A stretch of DNA of 64,000 bases from Nitrospinales bacterium. Its GTDB lineage: Bacteria > Nitrospinota > Nitrospinia > Nitrospinales > VA-1. Below, piece after piece: positions 34,747 to 44,809 of the stretch (positions are counted from its first letter, which is position 1; every line of letters starts with the position of its first letter). A program made the translations under genes and the position numbers. Where the stretch lies: NCBI GenBank assembly GCA_965223345.1, contig CBDCWG010000007.1, forward strand, positions 160,001 to 224,000, given 5' to 3'. The notes beneath the pieces were generated by a model, which saw only the letters and a program-made list of their open reading frames with translations, had not been told where the DNA came from and searched no databases.

Positions 34747-36012
34747 TTGCCATGGATGACACTTATGGATTCGATGCGCACATCGGAACAGAACGACATC
34801 GCACGCAAGACCTTTCGCCGGGATCTCTGGCGCGGCGGGTTCGAGGGCGTGCTGTCGGCGGGCTCGCAGACGTTCTGCCTGTTCATCGCCATCCGTTATT
34901 TCGACGCGGGCGAAACGGTGAAGGCGCTGATCGCCGCCGCGCCGTTCATGGGCATGTTTCTCTCGCTGCTGCTGGTGCACTACGCCAGCGGCACGCATTC
35001 GAAAAAAGCCCTGTGGGGGGCGGCGCCGTCGCTGGTGACGGGGGTCTGCCTGATCGCCGCGGCCTGGGCCCCCTCGCTGAGCGGGTACGCGCTGCTGGTG
35101 ACGCTGGGCTACATCGGCCGCAGCGCGCTGCTGCCGTTTCTGACCGACATCTACAACGACAACTACCCGCCGGACCGGCGCGGGCGGTTTTTCTCGCACT
35201 CGATGGTGCTCACGGTAGGCGTCTCGGTGCTGTTCGGCTACGTCGGTTCCTCGGTGCTGGAAATCGACATCCGGCACTACCGCTGGCTGTTCACGTTTCT
35301 CGGCCTGTGCGCCCTGGCGAAGGCGTTCGCCATCTACGGCATGCCCTCCAAGGACGTGGATGGCAGCACGCACAGCAACCCGTTCGGCAATTTGAAGTAT
35401 ATGTTCCAGGACCGTTCGTTCGGCTATGTGCTGCTCACCTGGTTCATCATGGGCTTCGCCAACCTGTGGACGCTGCCTCTGCGCGTCGATTACGTGGCCT
35501 CGGCGGAATACGGCATCGAGGGCTCGGCGCTGCTGGTGGCGCTGATCATCACGATCATCCCCGATACGATGCGCATGCTGTTCATCCCCTTCTGGGGGCG
35601 GCTGTTCGACCGCATGAACTTCGTGGCGCTCAGGATGTGGCTGAACGTGCTGTTCGGCGCAGGGGTGGGCCTGTTTTTCATCAGCAAGAACCCGTGGATC
35701 ATCGGACTCGGTTCGGCGCTCATCGGCCTGACGTTCGCCGGGGGCAGCATCGCCTGGGCGCTGTGGGTGACGAAATACGCGCCGCCGGGAAAGACCGCAG
35801 CCTACATGTCGGTGCACGTCTGCCTGACCGGCGTGCGGGGGACCATCGGCCCGCTGGTCGGCTACTGGGCGGCGGGGCTGATCGGCACGAAACAGGTGGG
35901 CCTGCTTTCGGCGGGCATGATGGTGCTCGCCAGCGTGATGCTGATCCCGGAGCTCAAGCACGGGCGTAAACCGACCCAGACGCCCTCGCCGATATCGGGG
36001 AAAATGCCTTGA
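34747..36012 (+). CDS. MFS transporter
   Basis: About 12 TM segments; 'YPPDRRGRFF' and 'WGRLFDRMN' loop motifs; exact start uncertain. Confidence 0.8.
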   Translation: MPWMTLMDSMRTSEQNDIARKTFRRDLWRGGFEGVLSAGSQTFCLFIAIRYFDAGETVKALIAAAPFMGMFLSLLLVHYASGTHSKKALWGAAPSLVTGVCLIAAAWAPSLSGYALLVTLGYIGRSALLPFLTDIYNDNYPPDRRGRFFSHSMVLTVGVSVLFGYVGSSVLEIDIRHYRWLFTFLGLCALAKAFAIYGMPSKDVDGSTHSNPFGNLKYMFQDRSFGYVLLTWFIMGFANLWTLPLRVDYVASAEYGIEGSALLVALIITIIPDTMRMLFIPFWGRLFDRMNFVALRMWLNVLFGAGVGLFFISKNPWIIGLGSALIGLTFAGGSIAWALWVTKYAPPGKTAAYMSVHVCLTGVRGTIGPLVGYWAAGLIGTKQVGLLSAGMMVLASVMLIPELKHGRKPTQTPSPISGKMP

Positions 36013-36110
36013 TTCAAGTTTGCGGCACTCCCTCCTTGATCCCGGGATAGTATCTTGATATAAAATGATTTTTCGAATTCATGTTCAATTTCTTTCTGAT
36101 GGAGCGCACC

Positions 36111-36629
36111 TTGGGAAATCCGCTTGTGGGTATAGTGATGGGAAGCGATTCGGACTATCCGGTGATGGAAGAAGCCAGTAAAATTCTCAAGCAGTTCGGG
36201 GTGGAGCACGAGGTGGAAGTGACCTCCGCGCACCGCTCTCCGGCGCGCACCCGCAACTGGGTGCGCAAGGCCGAGAAGGGGGACGTCAAGGTGCTGATAG
36301 CGGGCGCCGGTGCGGCCGCGCATCTGGCCGGCGTGCTGGCGGCGGAATCGACTTTACCCGTTATCGGCGTGCCCATCGATTCGAGCCCGCTGCAGGGGCT
36401 GGATGCGCTGCTGTCCACGGCGCAGATGCCGGGCGGCGTGCCGGTGGCGTCGATGGCCATCGGCAAAGCGGGTGCGCGAAACGCCGGTTTGCTGGCGGTG
36501 CAGATCCTCTCTCTCGGGGACAGCAAGCTCAAGTCCCGGCTGCAGCAATACAAGAAATACCAGGCTAAAGAGGTCGAACTCAAAAGCCGCAAACTGAAGA
36601 CCGCGCATGCCCGAAATACTAAAGATTGA
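36111..36629 (+). CDS. purE: N5-carboxyaminoimidazole ribonucleotide mutase
   Basis: 'IVMGSDSD', 'SAHRSP', 'AGAGAAAHLAG' and 'QMPGGVPVA'. Probable TTG start at 36111 after GGAG. Confidence 0.95.
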   Translation: MGNPLVGIVMGSDSDYPVMEEASKILKQFGVEHEVEVTSAHRSPARTRNWVRKAEKGDVKVLIAGAGAAAHLAGVLAAESTLPVIGVPIDSSPLQGLDALLSTAQMPGGVPVASMAIGKAGARNAGLLAVQILSLGDSKLKSRLQQYKKYQAKEVELKSRKLKTAHARNTKD

Positions 36630-37272
36630 CGTCAATGACGATGCGGCGGCGCTGCGCGGGCATTGGGTGCGGATCAAACGGATTCTCAACCTGGGCGGCG
36701 TGATCGCCTACCCGACGGACACGTTTTACGGTCTGGGGGTCAACCCCTTCAACGAACAGGCGGTGTCCCGGATCTTTGAGATCAAGAACCGGCCCGTGGA
36801 CAAACCGCTGCTGCTTCTGGTGTCCTCGATCCATCAGGTGCCGCGCCTGGTGGGCGAAATCTCTCCGACGGCGGCGACGCTGATCGAAAAACTGTGGCCC
36901 GGCCCGACGACGCTGCTGCTCAAAGCCGCCCCGCACCTTCCGGGCAACCTGACGGCGCACACGGGAAAGATCGGCATCCGGCTGCCGGGAAGCGAATTGA
37001 CGCGCAAACTCATCGAGGGGGTCGGTTTTCCGATCACCGGCACCAGCGCCAACATCAGCGGAGACGGCAACAGCAAAAGCGCGCAGGAGGTGCTCGACGC
37101 CTTCGGCTCCCGCATCGACCTGATTCTGGACGGCGGCGAAGCCCCGGCGGGCGAGCGGGAATCCACGATTCTGGACACCACCCTGTCCCCGCCGCTCATC
37201 ATCCGCGAGGGCGTGGTCGCCCGGACCGAGATCGAATCCATTCTCGAGATGCCCTGCATCCAGGTGCCATGA
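36607..37272 (+). CDS. tsaC: L-threonylcarbamoyl-AMP synthase (Sua5/YrdC)
   Basis: 'YPTDTFYGL', 'IKNRP..KPL', 'WPGP' and 'TSANISG'. Confidence 0.92.
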   Translation: MPEILKIDVNDDAAALRGHWVRIKRILNLGGVIAYPTDTFYGLGVNPFNEQAVSRIFEIKNRPVDKPLLLLVSSIHQVPRLVGEISPTAATLIEKLWPGPTTLLLKAAPHLPGNLTAHTGKIGIRLPGSELTRKLIEGVGFPITGTSANISGDGNSKSAQEVLDAFGSRIDLILDGGEAPAGERESTILDTTLSPPLIIREGVVARTEIESILEMPCIQVP

Positions 37273-37646
37273 TCTACGGCACCGGGGTGGACCTGATCGC
37301 AGTCGCCCGAATAGGCAACTCTCTGGCAAAATACCCGGACCGCTTCGAGACCCGCATTTTCACGCAACAAGAAATCGGCTACTGCCGTTCGCAGGCGGAT
37401 CCGGTGAAGCATTTCGCGGCGCGCTTCGCGGTGAAGGAGGCGGTGATGAAGTGCCTGGGAACGGGGATGGAACAGGGCATCGGCTTCAAGGAGATCGAAG
37501 TGGTCAATGAAACCTCGGGAAAACCCAACGCGCAGCTGAGCGGCAAGGCAAAGGAACGCTTCGAACAATTGGGGCTCGCCGCGCTGCACGTTTCCATCTC
37601 CCACGACGACCATTACGCCATCGCGCAGGCCATCGCCGAAAAATAA
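37269..37646 (+). CDS. acpS: Holo-[acyl-carrier-protein] synthase
   Basis: ATG at 37269 overlaps the tsaC stop. 'MIYGTGVDLI', 'AARFAVKEA..K' and 'VSISHD'. Confidence 0.95.
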   Translation: MIYGTGVDLIAVARIGNSLAKYPDRFETRIFTQQEIGYCRSQADPVKHFAARFAVKEAVMKCLGTGMEQGIGFKEIEVVNETSGKPNAQLSGKAKERFEQLGLAALHVSISHDDHYAIAQAIAEK

Positions 37647-37814
37647 CTCCTCCCCGGAGGGGGAACGAATTTGCATTCTGCACGCTCGGTCTTTATGAAT
37701 ACGGTTTGGGAGGATTGCAAATCGTAACAGCAACGCAGAAAAAAATACCGCCCCGGCGAGTCCGCCCCATTCACAGTCTTTGCCCATGCGCCCCACTCCC
37801 CTGTTCAGAAACCG

Positions 37815-38762
37815 ATGTCCCGATCGCACGGATTGCTAAAACAAGCGCGATTTCTTCTGGAGCATGCGGGCGTTTCCCTGCTCTCGCTCAGCGTGCGCTG
37901 GCTTTCCGCCGGGAACATCGTGCGGCTGGGACGGTTTGTGGGCGATGTCGCCTACCGGCTTTCCGGCCGCCGCGTCCGCACCGCGCTCACCAACCTGGAC
38001 ATCGCCTTCGCGGACAGCAAAACTCCCGCCGAGAAAAAGCGCATCGTGAAGCAGTCGTTCCGGCATTTCTGCGTCGCCGCGTTGCAGTGCCTGTGGTTGC
38101 AGCACGACACAAAGCGGCGCGCAGCGGCGCTCATCGAGGGTCCTCCGAAAGGGCTGGAGCTGCTGCAGGCGAGCCTGAAGCGGGGAAACGGCGTCTTCTT
38201 CCTCATCGCCCATTACGGCAACTGGGAAGTGCCGGGAATCCACAACGGTTTCCTGGGAATCTGCCCGCTCCATTTCATCGTGCGCCGGCTGGACAACCCC
38301 TATCTGGAAGAGCGGGTGCGGCGGTTCCGCTCGGTGTCGGGCAACGGGATTTTTTACCGCGACGAATCGCCGTTTAAAATCGTGCGCGCTCTGAAAAACA
38401 ACGCCTGTGTGGCGGTGATGATGGATCAGAACACCGCCCGCGACGGCCTGTTCGTGAATTTTTTCGGCAAAAAAGCCGCCACGCCGCGTTCGCTTGCGGT
38501 GCTGAGCCTGAAACTGGACACGCCGATCCTGCCGATGTTTTCCCACCCCACGGAAAAAGGAACCTACTGCGTCGAACTGGGCCCGCTCATCGAGGCCGAA
38601 ACCACCGGCGATAAGGAAAAAGACGTTCTGAGCTGGACGCAGGCCTGCGAGTCGTTCCTCGAATCGGTGATCCGCGCGCGGCCGGAGCCCTGGATGTGGT
38701 TTCACCGGCGCTGGAAAACCCGGCCCGCCGAAGAGCGCAACGATCCGGTGTACCGCAACTGA
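37815..38762 (+). CDS. Lipid A late acyltransferase (HtrB/LpxL family)
   Basis: 'HYGNWE', 'RRLDNP', 'MDQN', 'VNFFG' and 'WMWFHRRWKTRP'. Confidence 0.9.
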   Translation: MSRSHGLLKQARFLLEHAGVSLLSLSVRWLSAGNIVRLGRFVGDVAYRLSGRRVRTALTNLDIAFADSKTPAEKKRIVKQSFRHFCVAALQCLWLQHDTKRRAAALIEGPPKGLELLQASLKRGNGVFFLIAHYGNWEVPGIHNGFLGICPLHFIVRRLDNPYLEERVRRFRSVSGNGIFYRDESPFKIVRALKNNACVAVMMDQNTARDGLFVNFFGKKAATPRSLAVLSLKLDTPILPMFSHPTEKGTYCVELGPLIEAETTGDKEKDVLSWTQACESFLESVIRARPEPWMWFHRRWKTRPAEERNDPVYRN

Positions 38763-38938
38763 ATTTTCCGCGTTTCCCCGGCCAAACGGGGAATTTTCAG
38801 GCTTTTTGCCCCGTCCCCGCCCACGGAAAGCGCCCAGGCGAAAATCAAATAAAATATTTACTTACAATGACTTATAAACTAATTTACAATAGATTATTCT
38901 GTAAATAACAGATGGAAACCGGGGGGATCGCGAAAATC

Positions 38939-39946
38939 ATGGCCAAAAAGTTGCTTCTAGCGGAGGACACCAGCCAGTCCTTTGAGAAGTTCAAAAAGGT
39001 GCTGCAGAAAAACCAGTGGCAGGTGAGTTCCACCACAGACGGCGAAGAGGCGCTGGAGCTCCTGCAACAGTCGTCTTACGACGTCATGGTCACCGATCTG
39101 AACCTGCGCACTTTAAACGGCATGTCCCTCATCAGCCGCGTGCAGCTGGACCTGCCGTACAAACCGATCATCATCGCCATCACCGATCACGATTTTCCCG
39201 AGGTCCGCAAACGGGCGTTCGAGCACAAGGTGTTCGCCTATCTGCCAAAGCCGCTCGATAAAAAGAAATTCGTCGAGTGCCTGTACCGGGCGCTCAACTC
39301 GGAGCATCTGGTCGATCCGGAGCTGATGCAGATGCAGCCGGCGCAGGAAGAATACAAACCGCCGTTCGTCGGTGTGTTCCTGGCAGTGGGCACCGGCGGT
39401 CCACAGACTCTGAAAAAACTGTTCATGGACTGGACGCCGCCGGAACACTGCGCCGTTTTCATCGTGCAGCACGGCCCGGAATGGGCGCTGGAGTCGCTGC
39501 CGGAGCGCTTCGTCAACAGCTTCAACGTCCCGGCCACTCTGGCCCGCGACGGCATGCAGCCCAAGCCGGGCAAGGTGTACATCGCTCCGGGAAAACATCA
39601 TCTGAAATTCGATTTCCCGCAGTTCAAATTCAAATTGAGCGACGGCCTGCCGGAAAACTTCATGCGCCCGGCGGCGGACCCGTTTTTCCGCTCGGCGGCG
39701 GAGTGCTTCGGGCCGTTCGGCGTCGGCGTCGTGCTGTCCGGTTCGGGCAAGGACGGCAGCGAAGGCGCCAGAGTGCTGGAGGAATACGGCGGCACGGTTC
39801 TCATCCAGGACCCCAAAACCGCCATCGCCCCGTTGATGCCGCAAGCGGCGGTGGAAACGCTGCGCAAACCCAAAAAGGTCGCCATCGAGGAGATGGGCCA
39901 GCGCATCGTGGAGAGCGTCCAGCCGCTGGCCGGAAAATTACAGTGA
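38939..39946 (+). CDS. REC + CheB-methylesterase-like protein (catalytic Ser absent)
   Basis: REC 'LLAED...VTDLNL...YLPKP'; CheB-like 'AVGTGGP', 'IVQHGP', 'YIAPG.HHL', 'RPAADPFF' and 'LSGSGKDG'. Alternative start at 38912. Confidence 0.8.
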   Translation: MAKKLLLAEDTSQSFEKFKKVLQKNQWQVSSTTDGEEALELLQQSSYDVMVTDLNLRTLNGMSLISRVQLDLPYKPIIIAITDHDFPEVRKRAFEHKVFAYLPKPLDKKKFVECLYRALNSEHLVDPELMQMQPAQEEYKPPFVGVFLAVGTGGPQTLKKLFMDWTPPEHCAVFIVQHGPEWALESLPERFVNSFNVPATLARDGMQPKPGKVYIAPGKHHLKFDFPQFKFKLSDGLPENFMRPAADPFFRSAAECFGPFGVGVVLSGSGKDGSEGARVLEEYGGTVLIQDPKTAIAPLMPQAAVETLRKPKKVAIEEMGQRIVESVQPLAGKLQ

Positions 39947-39986
39947 GACGGTTCAAACATTCATCGGCACACACGACCAGACCCTC

Positions 39987-40847
39987 ATGTCCCTGAAACT
40001 GACAGACATTCTGAAAGACCCGAAAGACATCCCGTCTCTGCCCGCGGTTTTCAACAAGATCATGAGCTGCGCTCAGGATCCGGAAAGCACGCTCAAGGAA
40101 CTGGAAGAGACGATCCAGCACGACCCGGGCCTGACCACCCAGATCCTGAAGGTCACCAACAGTTCGTTCTACGGTTTTTCACAGCAGGTCGAGACGCTGT
40201 CGCACGCGCTGGGGATCATCGGGATGGAACAGTTGACGAACCTGGTGGTGGGGATGATGGTGGTCGAGCAGTTCGACGGCATCCCGGAAAAATACGTGAC
40301 GATGGAATCCTTCTGGGCGCACAGCGTCGCCAGCGGCATCGCCGCCAAGGAAATCGCCGCCCTGATCCTGCCGCAAAAACAGGAGCAGATGTACCTGGCC
40401 GGCATGCTGCACGACATCGGCTCTCTCGTGATGTACAAGCATTTTTCGCAGAAATCGGAGGTCGCCCTGGAATACTGCAACGAGTGGGGGATGAAACTCT
40501 CGGATGCGGAACGGGTCGTTTTCGAGTTCGACCACGCCGAGCTGGGCGCTCAGCTGTTCGAGAACTGGGAGCTGCCCGAAATCTTCTCCAGCACGATCCG
40601 CTTTCACCACTCGCCCAACCTGGAGAAAAAATACTTCGTCGAAACCGCCATCGTGCATCTCGCCGACTACATCACCATGAACAACTGCCTGGGCAGCAGC
40701 GGCGAGTACCAGAACCCCTACCTCAACCCGCACATCCTCAACAAGCTGAACCTGACGCAACACGACATGGCGGCGGTGTCGGAAAAAACCATCGATTCGT
40801 TCGAAGAGATCTTCAACATCTTCTTCCAGAAAGAATCGGTGAGTTGA
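39987..40847 (+). CDS. HDOD-domain protein
   Basis: 'IPSLP', 'DPGLT..ILK..NSSFYG', 'FWAHS', 'AGMLHDIG', 'DHAELG' and 'RFHH'. Confidence 0.9.
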   Translation: MSLKLTDILKDPKDIPSLPAVFNKIMSCAQDPESTLKELEETIQHDPGLTTQILKVTNSSFYGFSQQVETLSHALGIIGMEQLTNLVVGMMVVEQFDGIPEKYVTMESFWAHSVASGIAAKEIAALILPQKQEQMYLAGMLHDIGSLVMYKHFSQKSEVALEYCNEWGMKLSDAERVVFEFDHAELGAQLFENWELPEIFSSTIRFHHSPNLEKKYFVETAIVHLADYITMNNCLGSSGEYQNPYLNPHILNKLNLTQHDMAAVSEKTIDSFEEIFNIFFQKESVS

Positions 40848-40877
40848 CCCTTTCCAACCGCCTTGACTCTCAATCCG

Positions 40878-41465
40878 TCACACTCCCTGCCGACCCAGCG
40901 CCTGCATTTTATCCAGCCATTTTTCGTGGTTGCAGCCCTTGGCGGAATCCACCATCCCGATGAGGCTTTCTGCAACCGGTCCGATGCCGGAGAGTTTGAG
41001 GACGTTGCGTTCCAGGCTTTTCAGGCTGTGCGCGCCGAAATACCAGCGGTAAACGAACGCCGGCATCCCCATCGTGACCACCAGCCGGGCGGTCCGCCCT
41101 TTGAGCAGCCCCTGCGGCATTTTGGCGTCGGCGCCGCCGCCGAGCGCAAAGCCGTAGCGGAAAACCTGCTCGATGAAGGCTTTGAGCAGGGCCGGCATGG
41201 TGCCGAGCCACAGGGGATACAGGATCAGCAGATGCTCGGCCCAGCGGATGCCGTTCTGGCTCTCCTGAATGGCGGGCGGCAGTGCGCCGTTTTCGAACTC
41301 TTCCTTGCTGCGCAGGATGGGAAAGTCGAGTTCGGTCACGCAAATGGAGCGGACTTCATGCCCCGCTTCCTTCGCCCCTTGCGCGTAACGATCGGCCAGG
41401 GCGTGGCAGAATCGGTCCTCGGCCGGGTCGGGATGTCCCTGAATGATGAGGATGCGTTTGCCCAT
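40878..41465 (-). CDS. NAD(P)H-dependent oxidoreductase, flavodoxin-like fold (Flavodoxin_2)
   Basis: 'ILIIQGHP', 'YPLWLGTMPALLKAFIE' and 'LLKGRTA'. Confidence 0.9.
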   Translation of the reverse strand: MGKRILIIQGHPDPAEDRFCHALADRYAQGAKEAGHEVRSICVTELDFPILRSKEEFENGALPPAIQESQNGIRWAEHLLILYPLWLGTMPALLKAFIEQVFRYGFALGGGADAKMPQGLLKGRTARLVVTMGMPAFVYRWYFGAHSLKSLERNVLKLSGIGPVAESLIGMVDSAKGCNHEKWLDKMQALGRQGV

Positions 41466-41678
41466 CGTTGCCCCCACAGACGCAGAACGCCCGTTGCGGG
41501 AACCGCTCTCGAAACACGATTCACGCTTTTCTTCCTCCCCATAATAATGAGGATGAAATCGGGCTGATTATTCCAAAAGGAATTCGATCAACTCACGAAA
41601 AGCCCGAACCGTGGGCCGTTACGCACGATCGCCTGCTGTGCCGTGGGAAAGCCGGGTCGGCCGGCGTCCGGGCCTCAT

Positions 41679-42521
41679 TCAGTCAGTGGTGCTTTTTTCA
41701 AAGTTCATGATGCCCCAGGCCAGATATTCGTTTTTTCCCGCTTCAACCCAATGCTTGAGGCCCTTGATCATCTTGTCGATGTAATCCTTGCCGCACAGGG
41801 AAACCATTTTGTCATAGCGTTTTTCGGTTTCTTCCAGGACACGGTCGTAGTGGGTGGTCAAATGTTCGGACAACTCGGTGATCTCCGCCCGTTTCAAGCC
41901 CAGTTTGCGGGTGGTTTCCAGATAAAACCCGAAGGAGCCCAGGGAATCGAGATGGATACGGTCCAATACCGGCTTCAAAACCCCGTCGGGGCAATCGCGG
42001 GTCTGCATGAGGTCGGTGAAAATGAAGTTGCCGTTTTCGCGCAGCACGCGCCAGACTTCCTTCAATACCTGCTCGCGATCCGCGCTGTGAACGATGGCGT
42101 CCTGGGACCAGACCACATCGAAGGAGGCGTCGGGAAAACAGATGTCCTCAAAATTACCTTCGACGACGGTGATGAGATGGTCGAGCCCCTGCTGCTTGTT
42201 GAACAGGTCGTTTCTGGCGTTCTGGGTGGAGCTGAGGTTGAGGCAGGTGACTTTGCAGCCATAGTTTCTTGCGAGGTACCGGGCGGCGCCTCCATAACCC
42301 GATCCGAGGTCGAGGACTTCCGTTTCAGGGGTGAATTCCAGTTGCGAAGCCATTTTATTCACAATGCGTGGGCTGGCATCCTTGATGGGTTCTTCCTTGT
42401 CATAATAAATGCCCACATGAATATGCTCGCCGCCCCAGATATTGAAATAAAACTCATCTGCCGGTGAGCTGTTGTAATAATCCTGTGCTTTTTCTACTGC
42501 ATCCCCTGTCGTGACGGTCAT
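41679..42521 (-). CDS. Sarcosine/dimethylglycine N-methyltransferase-like SAM methyltransferase
   Basis: 'YYNS..AD.FY..IWGGEHIHVGIY', 'VLDLGSGYGGAARY', 'WSQDA..H' and 'LAWG'; AGGAGG RBS. Confidence 0.85.
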   Translation of the reverse strand: MTVTTGDAVEKAQDYYNSSPADEFYFNIWGGEHIHVGIYYDKEEPIKDASPRIVNKMASQLEFTPETEVLDLGSGYGGAARYLARNYGCKVTCLNLSSTQNARNDLFNKQQGLDHLITVVEGNFEDICFPDASFDVVWSQDAIVHSADREQVLKEVWRVLRENGNFIFTDLMQTRDCPDGVLKPVLDRIHLDSLGSFGFYLETTRKLGLKRAEITELSEHLTTHYDRVLEETEKRYDKMVSLCGKDYIDKMIKGLKHWVEAGKNEYLAWGIMNFEKSTTD

Positions 42522-42718
42522 AATGCCTCCTTGATTGTAAACATTTCAGGATGGCATCCAGTCCCCCCTCAAAAAAAGGTTTTTTATTGAGTTCCTATTA
42601 AGAAACTATTTAAAAAAGGAAAACTGAACACAAATTTGAGCTCATTGTGCGGATATTTTTAATCAACACATAAAGCATTTGACTTGCAGAAGTGCTATGG
42701 TAACAAAAATAAGAGTTT

Positions 42719-44287
42719 TTGCAAGTTCGGGCGGTTCTGTCTTTTCCTTTCTCGTTTGTGAGTGCATTGCACAAAAAAATAATCATCAAACCCCTGGGTG
42801 TCTTCAAACGCACTTCCCCACCCGTTTTTCTCACATCCGCATCGATCATCGTCCTGCTGATCCTGTTCGGCACGCTGTTCACCGGAACGGCGGAAACGTT
42901 TTTCAATGCTCTGCAGAAAGAAATCACCGCTTCATTCAGCTGGCTGTTCACGATCGCCACGCTTTTTTTTCTGTTGTTCGCGCTTTTTCTGATTTTCAGT
43001 CCTTATGGGAAAATCCGTCTGGGGCAGGCGGATGACAGGCCGGAGTTTTCCACTTTCACCTGGTTTGCGATGTTATTCAGCGCCGGGATGGGCATCGGGC
43101 TGGTGTTCTGGAGCATTGCGGAACCCATCAGCCATTTTATCGCCCGTCCATCGGGGCAGGAAAACATTTCCGCCGCCGCGCTGGAGGCGATGAAGATCAC
43201 GTATTTTCACTGGGGACTGCACGCCTGGGCGGTCTTCATGGTCGTGGGTGTGTCTCTGGCTTTTTTTTCCTTCCGGCGCAACCTGCCGTTTTCACTGCGT
43301 TCGGCTTTCTATCCCCTCTTTGGAGAAAAAATTTTCGGCCCCATCGGGCATGCCATCGATATATTCGCGGTGGTGGGAACGCTGTTCGGTGTTGCCACGT
43401 CTCTGGGACTGGGGGCCATGCAGGTCAATTCCGGCTTGAACTTCATCGCGGGCGTGCCTCAGTCCGTCACGGTGCAGCTGTTGTTGATCGCCGGCATCAC
43501 GGCCATCGCCACCGTATCGGTGGTTCTGGGGCTGCACAAGGGAATCAGCCGCCTGAGCCTGTTCAACCTGTGGCTGGCCGGGGGGCTGATGCTGTTCGTG
43601 CTGACCGCGGGACCCACTTCGTATATTCTCGGTAATTTTTTTGAAAGCTCCGCAGCTTACCTGGGAAACCTGGCGCAACTGAGCTACTGGAGCGAGTGGG
43701 AAACCGACCTGAAATGGAAATCGAGCTGGACGATCTTCTACTGGGCCTGGTGGGTGGCCTGGGCGCCGTTCGTGGGCACGTTCATCGCACGCATATCGCG
43801 TGGACGAACGATCCGCGAACTGCTGGTGGCCGGTCTGTTCGCCCCCGCGCTGACCACGTTTGTGTGGCTGAGCGTTTTCGGAGGCACGGCGCTGCACCTG
43901 GAGATCTTCGCGGGCGCGTCGATCGCCGAGGCGGTTTCCTTCGATGTCAGCAGCGCGCTCTTCAAGACTCTCAACCAGCTGCCGTATTCCCTGATTTCCT
44001 CATCTTTAGCCACGCTGGCGATTGTCACCTTTTTCGTGACTTCCTCGGATTCAGGCAGCCTGGTGATCGACATGATCACCGCCGGCGGCGACGCCAACCC
44101 ACCGGTCAATCAGCGGGTGTTCTGGGCGATCACGGAGGGGGCGGCCGCCGCGGTGCTGCTCATCGCGGGAGGTCTGCAATCCCTGCAGACAGCGGCGATC
44201 GCATCGGGTTTCCCCCTCGCCCTGCTGCTCGTCGGGATGTGCTTCTGCCTGCTCAAAGCGCTGCGCCAGGACAGCGCGCAAGGATGA
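42719..44287 (+). CDS. BCCT-family (betaine/choline/carnitine) transporter
   Basis: 'WFAMLFSAGMGIGL', 'HWGLHAWA', 'WTIFYWAWWVAWAPFVG.FIARISRGRT' and 'FFVTSSDSG'. The true start may be slightly downstream. Confidence 0.93.
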   Translation: MQVRAVLSFPFSFVSALHKKIIIKPLGVFKRTSPPVFLTSASIIVLLILFGTLFTGTAETFFNALQKEITASFSWLFTIATLFFLLFALFLIFSPYGKIRLGQADDRPEFSTFTWFAMLFSAGMGIGLVFWSIAEPISHFIARPSGQENISAAALEAMKITYFHWGLHAWAVFMVVGVSLAFFSFRRNLPFSLRSAFYPLFGEKIFGPIGHAIDIFAVVGTLFGVATSLGLGAMQVNSGLNFIAGVPQSVTVQLLLIAGITAIATVSVVLGLHKGISRLSLFNLWLAGGLMLFVLTAGPTSYILGNFFESSAAYLGNLAQLSYWSEWETDLKWKSSWTIFYWAWWVAWAPFVGTFIARISRGRTIRELLVAGLFAPALTTFVWLSVFGGTALHLEIFAGASIAEAVSFDVSSALFKTLNQLPYSLISSSLATLAIVTFFVTSSDSGSLVIDMITAGGDANPPVNQRVFWAITEGAAAAVLLIAGGLQSLQTAAIASGFPLALLLVGMCFCLLKALRQDSAQG

Positions 44288-44293
44288 ACCCGG

Positions 44294-44809
44294 CTATTTT
44301 TTCTCGGGCAGTACCGCGCCGATCGCCTTGAGCCCGGCACTGGCGCAGGCTTCGTCGAGATGTCCGCCGGGCGCGCCGCCCACACCGATGCCGCCGACCA
44401 CGTCGCTACCGAACTTCACGGGAAACCCGCCCGCCAAAAGCAGGATGTCCTCGTTCATCTTGCCGAGCGCCTGAATGTTCGGCATCTTCACCACCAGCTC
44501 GGCGAAATGACCGGTGGCCCTTCTGAGGCTGTTGGCGGTGTAGGCTTTTTTGAAGCTGCTGTCCGGCGTATGCGGGCCGGCGCCGTCGCTGCGCACCAGG
44601 GCTTTGACCACCCCGCCGGAATCCACCACGGCGACGCTGACCTTGTAACCGTCGGCCTCGCATTTGACTCGCGCCGCGTCGGCGGCTTTCTGCGCGAGAC
44701 CGATCGGCAGCATTTTCCGGGACGGCAGGTCTGCGGCGAAGGCCGTTGCCGGCACGAAAATATAAAGAACAACGATCAAAAGCTTCCTGAATAGTGATAA
44801 CGCGGTCAT
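44294..44809 (-). CDS. GlcG/HbpS-family heme-binding protein, secreted
   Basis: Signal peptide; 'VAVVDSGG', 'KAYTA' and 'GGFPV....VVGGIGVGG'. Confidence 0.85.
   Translation of the reverse strand: MTALSLFRKLLIVVLYIFVPATAFAADLPSRKMLPIGLAQKAADAARVKCEADGYKVSVAVVDSGGVVKALVRSDGAGPHTPDSSFKKAYTANSLRRATGHFAELVVKMPNIQALGKMNEDILLLAGGFPVKFGSDVVGGIGVGGAPGGHLDEACASAGLKAIGAVLPEKK

Noticed and set aside
36894..37268. Apparent long N-terminal fusion on AcpS
   Set aside because: It is an alternate frame of tsaC; AcpS starts at ATG 37269.
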